Source: Vitrella brassicaformis CCMP3155 | Taxonomy: Eukaryota; Protista; Chromerida | Direction of reading: 5' to 3' | Length of the DNA: 64,000 bases | NCBI GenBank assembly: GCA_001179505.1 | Contig: CDMY01000314.1 | Span: forward strand, 61,453 to 125,452 | Part shown: positions 13,728-23,799 of the stretch, one piece after another | Numbering within the stretch: position 1 is the first letter of the stretch | How the letters are laid out: every line of letters begins with the position of its first letter | Notes under the pieces: model-generated | Told to the model about the DNA's origin: nothing | What the model saw: only the letters and a program-made list of their open reading frames with translations | Databases searched by the model: none | Program-made: the position numbers and the translations under genes

Positions 13728-16700
13728 ATGGACAAGCAGTCGATGCTGGTGGGAGACGGTCGACAGCAGCCCGCTGACACGGATTACCAACCCCCTGAAG
13801 CCTCATCTCTTATTCCTGCCAGCCTCAGTGAGACCGCAGATCAGCCGGAGAACAGGCGACACGCAAGACTTTTGTTTGTGGATGCTGTTTGTCTGTCTGT
13901 GCAGCTCATGGTTGTGTGGATCCATCAGCAGAGATTCACGAGAAAGGGCAGCAGACGCAGCAAGACCACAGAAACCATCACGGCGCAGCAGACTCTCCCC
14001 TGTCGGCGCCAATTTGGCCGGCACCGTTGCCTCCGTCTGGCTTATCGTGGGGCAAAGGGAAGCGATCCAAGCCTCCTGCCACTACATTGATGGTGGCCAA
14101 AAAGGCTCGCAGTGCTTCAAAGTGAGAGCGATAAGGGAGAGGGTTGACGGATGGATGGCGGCTGATGGAATGTCTCATCATGCCTGTGCATGTGCTGTTT
14201 TGTCAGTGCTGGTCACATGAAGCCATCCATGCGCAGCAGCCTTGCAAACCATCCACTTCATCCACCGCAGCAACTCATCAAGAAGGAAGGAGTAGGCGCA
14301 CACACGATGGCACGGTCCTTCACCGTATGCGGCTGCATGCTTGGTGCAGAAAATGGACCGTCAATTGTCGCAGCAGCTGAGCAGCCCGCCCGTTGTTTGC
14401 CTGTTTGGAGCGTCACAGTTCTGCGTCCACCCTCAATGTGACAGCAAGGAGGGGCCACCATGGACGACCAGTTGTCTTTCTTTGCTCTCCTTCCTTCTGA
14501 TCAGGCATCCTCAACTCATCTTCGAGTCATGTCAAGGTACGTGTCAATCAGACTTGACCCGTCGACTTGACTGTGGTGTTTCGTGCAGATGGAGGTTGGC
14601 CACCTCCCGGTAGGTGGGCGTCCCCCTGGTCCGTCCTCTCAACTGAAGTCGCCCGTCGACGTCTTGCCACGGGCTGGTCTCACCAACCTGCCACATCAGC
14701 AGCTGATGCCGTTGATCAAGCAGGAAGAGGTACGCACTCACAGAGAGTGCCATACATCGCTGATATAATGGGCCCATCTCTGTTGCAGGCGATGGACGAT
14801 GAGCCGTCGCAGGCTGGACGGCCGAGCAACCTGCCCACCTCTGGCGCGTCTGGCGCGTCGCATTTTTGTCTCTCTCCTCCAAGTAAGGCATCCCTCCACA
14901 AGCACATTGGCACAATCAGCAGACGGGGAGGGGTGGAAACGGACGATTCATCCTCTGTGTCTTTGTGTCTGTTCGTTACGCCTCAGGCATCATCAAGGCG
15001 CTGCGGGACAACTGGGACAGGTGTGACCTCGACCGCCCCCGATCCACCACTTCCGTCGACCCCTGTGACTTGAGCACGCCACCCGAGGCGCGTCAAGTGT
15101 GGCTCAAGCCCAACGGTGAGTGGCTGCCCCGCGGCTGTGACATCGCCCTGCTGCCCGCGGGACAAGACGGTGGCCACGTGCGTCTTCCACGTCAATGGCG
15201 TCATGTGCGGCAAGCAGAACACATTCAGGAACATGGTCAACTCACACCTTCGCAAGACACACAAACTCCTTGCGAAGCCGAAAAAGGTGAGATAGCAAGT
15301 GTGTACATCCACAACCAGCCAGAGACGACAGATGAATGCTCTGTGGATGTTTTGCAGCGTGGCACGATCTCTCCGACGGAGCCAGAGACGGCGCCAGAGG
15401 TACTACATGGGTGTCACATTCAAGAAACCACCATGTGTCTGGTGCAGTTCATAGAAGACGGAGGACTGGAGGAGAGCGAGGAGACCACCACCGTTCAGCT
15501 CCCTCACGACCCAGGCACAGCACACAAGACACTGCCTGTGCAGTCTGGACGTATTGTCATCTCCTTGATTCAGATACTCATGCACTCGCCCCTGTTGCCC
15601 CACTTGAGGACGCCCACTCATATGCTGGCCCGACCCCCTTCCCACCTGTGCATCCGCAAGTCGAGACGTCTGTCAATGCAGGTCAGCGGACCAGGCTTCA
15701 CCTGCTTATCTGCATGAAGCCACGCTCACACATTCTTCGGCCTTTGTGTGGTGCAGGACTGCTGGCCTTCACTGACTTCGACCGTTTCTCTGACTTCCCA
15801 GCCCCACACGACCAGGTGAGTGCGCAAGCAAGGGAGGTAACGTTGGCTCTTGGTTGTTCTTTGTTAGATCCATGTGCTGGAAGAGGGTGATGGCGTGCAA
15901 GTGGCATGGTTAGGAGGCATGTGACAGCAACGTGGATCGGTGCGATGGTCATTTGTCATGTGTGCACAGGGATGTGTCCGACGGACCGAGCAGAAACATC
16001 GGATGGTTTGACGGAGAGGTGCTTCGAGTCGAGGAAACCCAGTTCCACGTAGGGAGACGGAAGTCACGCAGAGAGGCGACAGTGACACATGTACACGTGT
16101 CTCGGTGTACTTTTGCGGCTGTAAAAGGTGGAGTACTTCGTGTGCGGCAAGCGGTTGAAGTACTGGTTTGATTCCCGTATCTTCATCAACATGGAAGGTG
16201 CGACATGTGACGAGACCTGCATCCACATGAATGATGGTCCTCGACTGCGTATGCAGGTCTGCATTCCATCGAATCGCTTGTGCAGCACACACGGAGAGGC
16301 GCGGTCCGCAGGAGGCCTCAGCGATGGCTCACTCCACAGGCTGACCAAGCTTGGACATTGCAGAAAGGTGGAGAAGGTAAAGGGGTCTTGTCTCGATCTC
16401 ATTTCGATGTTTCTTGATACCAGGGGCTGTCGTCTCTGTTGTCCAAGAGGGCGATCGCCTTGAGCACCATGACGCCGTTGTGCGTGAATGCTGGTTTTTT
16501 CCTGGGGGGTCTCGCAAGGTACTCGTACACGCGTGCAGGTAGCCATGCATCAGGTATTCGTATCCGTGTTCGGCTGCACAGGCCACGGTGCGGTATCTTG
16601 TCAGCGGTGAGGAGGAGTTGCTGCCCACGGAGGTATGTGCTCCAAGACGAAGCGTCCTATCGGAAACTTACTTGTGCTCTGTGTCTCCTTCTCCGCTGGT

Positions 16701-16790
16701 GCGATACAAGCTCGGGCTTTCGATGTCATCCAACGTGCAATCGACCACGGGATCCCTGCCTCACTCATTCAGACGATTCCCAAGTGAGCG
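13728..16790 (+). CDS. Module-C gene copy 1: low-complexity exons + module C (C2H2 finger out of frame after a 185-bp deletion) + two Tudor/Agenet-like domains; possible pseudogene or frame-rescued isoform
   Basis: Exon chain hand-spliced via introns 15287-15357, 15400-15447, 15682-15756, 15816-15867, 15909-15969, 16049-16127. It yields IHVLEEGDGVQVAWDVSDGPSRNIGWFDGEVLRVEETQFHVEYF and KGAVVSVVQEGDRLEHHDAVVRECWFFPGGSRK|ATVRYLVSGEEELLPTE (royal-family beta-barrel patterns). Start and end are approximate. Confidence 0.55.
14566..15286 (+). repeat. Module C, copy 1 (dispersed multi-exon repeat)
   Basis: Aligns with 63491-64000 starting inside an intron (cttgactgtggtgtttcgtgcag). 15001-15160 is identical to 19395-19554. 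Confidence 0.9.
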
Positions 16791-17499
16791 GATGGATCTG
16801 TCAAACGATTACTTGATTGCTTGCCTTCGTTTGGCTTCCATTTCGAAACTGACGACACTTGGCTGCAAGTTATTGGCAAGAAAGAGGAGGAATCGATTGA
16901 CTGACCGCGGCGGGCAGGTCGGGCAGCTCAGGGGAGAGAGACGCAGTCGAGAGGGGGAGGGGAAGTGCATGCAGTCGAGCGACGGGAAGGGCGACAAGTA
17001 GTGCCTTAGGGAGTGGGAGTGTGTCTCGGTAGTTTTTTACTACTTGTAGAGAGCCGGCTGCCTCTTTTTTGGCTGCCATGGCTGCTGAGTAGAGGGAGAA
17101 TTCTTCCGTTTTGTGGGTTGCTTCCATGCCTGGTTTGTGTAATCAGAGAGAGGTAGGCTTGTGCCCAGTGTGCGTAGGAGAGAAGAGCGAGAGCCGTCAT
17201 CAATTACGAGAGTGATAGAGATAGAGGGTGCGAATTTGTTGTTCATGTGTGCGTGAACGAGGGGCCACGGGGCCACATGCCTCTGCTCGCATTTTTCAGA
17301 CACCAACGCGCAGACTTGTACACGTATGAGATCATTTTTCCATGACACATGTGCACATGTGTATGGTGAAAGCATTGTCGGACATGCATATTGAGTCTCT
17401 GGTCGTTTCAGCAGATTCATGCATCCCATCCCTTCCATTCATACCACTGCAGAGCACTGTGCATTGGGAGAACCATCCCATGACGCATACATACATTCC

Positions 17500-18008
17500 T
17501 CATACTGCTCTCCCTCTATGCTAATGACCTGATCATTCGACAGCAGCAACACCTCCTCCTCACCCGCACATCCCTTGGCAGGGGCCATATACACCCGCAC
17601 GTTCTGACCAGCACAGTCGCTGGCAATCATGAGCTTGCCGAGGTCCACGATGAGAGTGACCACGATCGCCGGGCTGCCGGTCTTGCGGCTTTTGAGCTTC
17701 GCGAACCTTGTGGCTTTTCTCATGTCGTTGGTGACATAGATGCCGACCCCTCGCCATTGCAAGTCGTCATCAGCAGCACAAGACGGGTTAAATCCGACTG
17801 CACACACTCACAGGAGAACAAAGCTAATGAGCTGCAATAGCGGCATTGGAAGCTGGATACAGACCCTACCTGCCCGAATTCTGTCTGCCGAGGCTTTGTC
17901 CGTCCCGTGAAGCACTCTCCGATGTGATTGTGACGTCCCCGTTCCGTCACAGACATCGCATGGAGACACGCAGCTCTGATCGTTGACGACGCACATGGTG
18001 TGCCCCGC
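17500..18008 (-). CDS. Gig2/PARP-like ADP-ribosyltransferase catalytic domain (H-Y-E class), preceded by a CxxCxGxG motif; gene probably extends to about 17040 and 18300
   Basis: Splicing a 72-nt GT-AG intron (17798-17869) gives PCDVCDGTGTSQSHRRVLHGTDKASADRIRAVGFNPSCAADDDLQWRGVGIYVTNDMRKATRFAKLKSRKTGSPAIVVTLIVDLGKLMIASDCAGQNVRVYMAPAKGCAGEEEVLLLSNDQVISIE, with HGT, GxGIYxT, VxLGK and EEE motifs in ART order. Confidence 0.8.
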
Positions 18009-18399
18009 CTGACATGCGCACGCACATTCCTTTGTCTGTCTGTCTGTCACTTATTGACAATGCGTGAGCATGCTTTTGCCTGACCTCTGTCTGCTGTGGC
18101 ATCTCTTCTGTTGTTGCGCAAGTCGATAGGGTACTGATTGAGCAGTCATCATCCTGACGACACAACAGACAGAGAGCGACCAGAGGTGTGGTCTACACAG
18201 CAATCGTGCTGTTGCTCCATTCCATACATCTGGTATGTCACTCAGCCGCTCATCGCCAGTGATGTTGACGGCAGAATTCACCGACGAACGAGACCATACC
18301 TGCACACACCGCACTCGAACGAGATCACACGTGCATCACACCAAGTCCGTGTGCAGGTCCGCTCACCACAGATGGGGGGTCCTCTCGGTGGCTGCGTGT

Positions 18400-21300
18400 G
18401 GGCGTCTTGTGGATCTTGTTCGGCGGTCTCTCGTTGGTCAGTCGACTCTTAGACGGTGCAATCTGGATGACAGCAGGGACAATCAAATGCAACGCCCCTT
18501 CGCCATGGCTTACGCTCATCGTGTTGCAGCCCTCAGACCACCACTGCTCAGACAGCTGGTCAAGCACTTGGCCCTGCAATCAGAGGCAATGCCCCTTCGC
18601 GAAGAGATGAGTGAGCTCTCTTTGCTTGCTTACGGTCATGGTGTTGGGCCACGAGTGCTGCGATTGCTGGTCGAGCGGCTGATTGCTGTCACGGCTGATG
18701 AATCCATCTGCCATTCGCACCGCAGCTGCCTCGTCAACCACTTGGTCCTGCAAGACACCACTTGGTCCATCTATGCGTGTCCTGACCCAGAGGGGCGTGG
18801 GCAAGGGGTGGGGGTGGGGGGGATGCATTGGGGGCGCTGGAGAAGGGAGAGGAGCCGGTATGACAACCTGCTCAGTGGCTGCTGACGGCTGAGACTGCTG
18901 ATTGCTGTCACCAGTGTGTGTTACGCCGTCGTGTCTCACTGCTATCGCCAACCCGACGGCGCTTGGAGGAGAGGCGGCAGCAGAAGACATGGGTCGCCCT
19001 GGCTGGTCGGTGAGGGGAATGGGCACGGAATGGGGGTGAGGTGGGTGGGNNNNNNNNNNNNNNNNNNNNNNNNNNNNNNNNNNNNNNNNNNNNNNNNNNN
19101 NNNNNNNNNNNNNNNNNNNNNNNNNNNNNNNNNNNNNNNNNNNNNNNNNNNNNNNNNNNNNNNNNNNNNNNNNNNNNNNNNNNNNNNNNNNNNNNNNNNN
19201 NNNNNNNNNNNNNNNNNNNNNNNNNNNNNNNNNNNNNNNNNNNNNNNNNNNNNNNNNNNNNNNNNNNNNNNNNNNNNNNNNNNNNNNNNNNNNNNNNNNN
19301 NNNNNNNNNNNNNNNNNNNNNNNNNNNNNNNNNNNNNNNNNNNNNNNNNTGTGTCTGCGTGTCTGTTCCTAACGCCTCAGGCATCATCGACGCGCTGCGG
19401 GACAACTGGGACAGGTGTGACCTCGACCGCCCCCGATCCACCACTTCCGTCGACCCCTGTGACTTGAGCACGCCACCCGAGGCGCGTCAAGTGTGGCTCA
19501 AGCCCAACGGTGAGTGGCTGCCCCGCGGCTGTGACATCGCCCTGCTGCCCGCGGTCATCGATGAGGACAGGCGCAACACGCCCCTGAGGAACTTCTTTCG
19601 GAAGCAGTTCTTCCGTCCCCCGGTCGAGCGGCAGATGGTTTCTTCCGGCGAGCCCGTGAAAGGGAGCTGCGCCTTGGTCTACTACGATGGAGTGTTGCAG
19701 CTGACCGTCCCCTATGTCCCTATTGGGTGCAGCCCGCAGGACAAGACGGTGGCCACGTGCCTCTACTGCGCCAATGGCGTCATGTGCGGCAAGCAGACCA
19801 CCTACAGGAACATCGTCAACTCACACCTGGGACTCACGCACGGGCTCTCCAAGAAAGGGAAACGAAGGACAAGGGAAAAGAAGAAACGAGCGGGCCCCCA
19901 TGTGAGACAGATCGAGGGCAACACATCACCTAACGACCCGACCGCTGCACACACGCGCATGTTTGTGTGTGTTTGTGTGTGCGTGTGTGCCGGCGCAGAG
20001 GCCCAGGAAGTCGGTGGTTGCGAGAGATTCGTCGGATGATGACTTTGACGACTCGCCAGTGGCCAAGCCAGGCGGACTGGCCGGTGCCCGCCGTGACCCA
20101 CCCCCGTTGCTTGATGCCGGTAAGCACACAGATCGATCCCCAACGCCACTCCTCACACTTCAGTCATGTCATGCACTCTTCCCTGGTCGGTCTGTAATCA
20201 GGTGACGATGCTGACCATGAGCTGCCGGCAATGCCCATTTGTCCCTCCACCCCCCGCGCCCCCCCAGTGGCATCGCGCGCCGCCCCTCACCCCCGATGTG
20301 ACCGGACAGAGGTTGCTGTCATCGGCCAAGGCGACACGTGCGACATGGCGTCACTTACGGACGAGGCAGTCAGCATTCGAGGCCTGCAGAACTGGATGCA
20401 CGCCCTGGCGATGCTCCACCGCTCCCATCGGCTGACGCCGGGCACCGGCCGGTCGCCCTTGCTGCTGCGGGGCGGCAGCGATGCGGCCGATCTGCATGTC
20501 TTGTTTCGGCACCCGCTGCTGAGGGTCAGTGACGTGGTGTTGCAGCTGCGGGCCATCGACGTTGAGACGGGAGAGTGGCTGGCAGCGCCGCATGGCACGG
20601 CCGTGTCGATGGTGGTGCGTAGGGACCGGAAGAAGCTGCTGCCGCTTCAGCTGAGTGCCGTTTCTGAAGAGGTGATGACCATCTCACCACCTACACCCCC
20701 CATGAAGGACCAGAGGGGCCACCACATCCCCTACCAGATCGTGGCGGTCAGGGCGCAACCCGACGGGGACACTGCTGCCCCAGAGGCGGTGTCGCGTCTG
20801 ATCTTCTTCACCGACGACGGGCCGCCTGATTCTTGGCCGCCCATCTCCCTGGCTGAGCTCAGCCTGCCTGCCAGCAGCTGCCCTTTCACCATCGGCCCGA
20901 GAGGGCTGTGGCAGCCGACCAAGAGCGGACTCTACCCGATCGCGACAACGCTCCGGCTCCCGGACATCGTCAACACACGGGATCTGCCCGCTTCCCTCAA
21001 GCGGACTGTCTCCCCGGGGCAGAGGTGTCCGGGCGGATTCAAGATTGTCGGAAATGTCGCTGTTTGCGACCTGGACTTGGGTCAGGTGGTGTGGAGCATC
21101 CAAGGGCGGCTGAGGGAGGCATCAGAGATGCCCATGGTGGATGTGCTCGCAGTCACCCACACCAATACTGACAGGTGGCCGGGGGTGCGTGACGTGCCGC
21201 TGCGGGAAATGTCGGACGCGCACCTCCTCTACTCGGCCCTCACAGCCAGCTTCCGCCACTGGCCCCTCGCGGCTCCCAACTTCATCCTCGATCCTGAAGG

Positions 21301-22726
21301 CCGCCTCTTCCAGCCGCTGCCCATGGAGTGCACGCGCTTTGACGCGTCATCGCCAGACCGAGCCGCCGACCGCAGAGCCATCACGGTGATGGTGCTGAAC
21401 CGTCCACAGGACGACGGAAACGGCACCCACCGGCACATGTCGATGACGCAGCAGCAGTTGGGGAGCCTCAACGACCTGAGTGAGTCGCTAAAGCGGCTCT
21501 TCTCCGGCCTGAGCATCCAGCTCACCCTGGCGGCGGGCAGCGGCCGCGAGCGTCTTCGGGAGGTGCACAGCCAGGTGCTGGAGGGGTCGGGTCTGTGGAC
21601 GGGTAGGGATGCCGGCAGGTGCCTCATGACGCTCTGGGAGGCGACAAAGGACACTCCCGGCGATGTGGAGGTGCTCATGCAGGTGGCCGAGCAGTGCCGA
21701 GACCTTGTCATCGACGGCTCTGATGAGGGCGGTGTGCGGCGTCTGTGGGAGAAACTCCACCTCCACCCCGATCTCCCATTCCAGCTGGGTCGTCGGGCGG
21801 CGAGCCTCAGGAGCGTCGAGCTGGTCTGCCCGCGCGGCTGTCCGGCGTGGTGTCAGAGCGTCGTCTTCGCTATCAAGAACGGCCGGGCCAGCGCGGCGAC
21901 GATGGATTTACTGGTGGTGAAGCAGAGGAGCGATGGAGATCCTGCTGCCGGTGCTGAGAAACCCTTGGCATGCTCGCCTGCAGTCGGCACAACCACAACC
22001 ACAACCACAACCACGAGCATCTTCCCATCTCTGCACCAGCTAACCGGCGGGGCACAACCACACCCCCCAGGCAACAGCAGCATCACCACCAGCCGCCCAG
22101 CAGGAGGGCCGCTGGCGCCAAGAGCATTGCCAGGTACACGGAGAGACATATCATACAAGAGAGCCGCAGCCAGGAGAGAAAGTAGGATTTCACGCTGGCT
22201 GTGGATTCGCGCGGTTTGTGTGCAGTTGCTGTGTGGTCCGCTCCTCCCCGGCAACGGTACGTCCTTGCGCACCCTCCTCGCCTGCTGGCCCGTGGGCTGC
22301 CGCTCCTGTCGGGTGCCTTTGGTGCTCACAACCGGGTGGTGGCCAACGCCGTGAACGGCGGATTCCCCCGACGCAGTGAGGAGCAAATAAATGGTCGGCA
22401 ACCTGCCGCCAGCAGCGGCAAGATGCCGGCCGCGGAGCAGAAGAGCCCCAAACGAGGCGCGCAAGACGCACAGGTACGTGCCATGCCGGGCACACTCACT
22501 GGCTGATCGGGGATGCTCACTGTAGGCACAGCACATGTCTGACGGCTGTGGTGTGGTGTGGATGGATGGATGGATGGATGTGCTGCAGCTTCCGTGTTGT
22601 GATGAGCCGAGGGCCAAGCAGCAGAGGGCCGACGAGGGGTGCCACAGCGCCTCCCTGTTGACCCAGCAGGACGTCCCTGCCCACCTGCTCGTCACGACCT
22701 CTCCTTGGGCCAAGGGAGGAGAGTAA
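18400..22726 (+). CDS. Module-C gene copy 2: module C with intact C2H2 finger (19758-19841) + large exon containing a degenerate Amidase_2/PGRP-like domain (about 21134-21670); 5' end interrupted by a gap
   Basis: Open frame 19381-19900 includes CLYCANGVMCGKQTTYRNIVNSHLGLTH (C-x8-C-x12-H-x4-H). The 707-aa ORF 20231-22354 has good codon usage. Terminal exons splice to ...SPWAKGGE* at 22726. Linkage of the 18400-18800 exon across the gap is unproven. Confidence 0.65.
19050..19349. other. Scaffold gap (300 N) ending at a module-C repeat copy
   Basis: Right flank 19350-19475 is identical to 63875-64000 (126 bp), consistent with a repeat-induced contig break. Confidence 0.9.
19350..19850 (+). repeat. 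Module C, copy 2 (contains the 185 bp missing from copy 1)
   Basis: Direct comparison with 14960-15270 and 63875-64000. Confidence 0.9.
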
Positions 22727-23037
22727 TGATTAACTTAACGGGGTTCGTTGGTTCGTTTGTTTGTTTATTTGTGTGTGTGAGTGAGTGAATCTGACAGACT
22801 CACTGGCTGTCTGGCTGATGAGTAACACACATGAGTGAGAGGGAGGGAGACAGGTGCCTGCATGTGGATTTTTTGCGTGCTGCTGTGTGTGCTGTGCATG
22901 CCGGTGGGAAAATGCATCGCTTCGGGAAAAACGCAGGTCGCTTTCTTTGAAGAAATGTCTCATTCGCTCCTTGCAGGATCCCCTCCCCCAGTTCTCTGCG
23001 AGCTTAGAAGAGGTGATCAGATCCCCATCCTCCCAGC

Positions 23038-23713
23038 ATGCATCGCGGCATCGTGTGTGGCGGCGCTTTCCCGCTGGCCATCAGCGTGCTCCTTGTGCTG
23101 CTGCTGGCGGCGGCGGCTGGAAGCGCGGCGCAGGATCTCATGCCCGAGGAAGCGCAACTTCCGGGACGTGCGACGAACGATACCAGCCCATCTCAGGCAG
23201 CCACTGAAGGTGGGAGGGGTCGGGAGGGGAGGGGCGAATGAATGGATCTGTAGATCTATCTGTCCGTGTGTGTCACTGACAGGCGCTCCATCGTCCCGTG
23301 CAGCAGCTGGTCTCCGTGGGCTTCAGTATCCGAGCCGGCCTGTGCAGATCCCGGTGCCGCCAGCACGTGGCAGCTCACAGGCGTGCAACCACCTCTCGTA
23401 TCAATGCCTCGGTGTGGTCAATGCTTATGGCCAGGGAGCGGGGTGCGCCGTGCAGGTCAACTCAAACAGCCTATCGCAGACACTGCCGTGGTGAGAGAGA
23501 TGGCCTGGCGGCAGAATTATTGGCACTTGAACGAAGTCAGGGGATCTTCTGTGTCACTCACAGTGTGTGTGTGGGGTCGTGTGTGTCAGGTGTTATGCGT
23601 CGTGCGCGTGCCCGTACGCCGCGAGCAGTCTGCTGATGGTGAATCAGTGCTACGTCTTCAACTGCTGCCCGCGGCTCGGCCAGCGGGGAAACATGCTGCT
23701 CTCGCCACCATAA
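23038..23713 (+). CDS. Small secreted cysteine-rich protein (3 exons, about 170 aa)
   Basis: Signal peptide MHRGIVCGGAFPLAISVLLVLLLAAAAGSAA. Phase-compatible GT-AG introns at about 23210-23282 and 23491-23589. The mature part has 9 Cys (CNHLSYQC...GCAVQ...WCYASCAC...QCYVFNCC); TAA at 23711-23713. Confidence 0.75.
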
Positions 23714-23799
23714 CCATTGCAGACAGACAAACAGACAGACAGAGGATGCCGAGAGAGCGATGCGACTCCTTTTTCGTCTGCGTGAGCTGAGTGGAAATC

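Noticed and set aside
19554-19739. 185-bp difference between module C copies as precise intron loss (the segment starts GT and ends AG)
   Set aside because: Removing exactly GT...AG gives a junction one G shorter than copy 1, and the segment is in-frame coding in copy 2; microhomology (gcccgcRg) explains it better.
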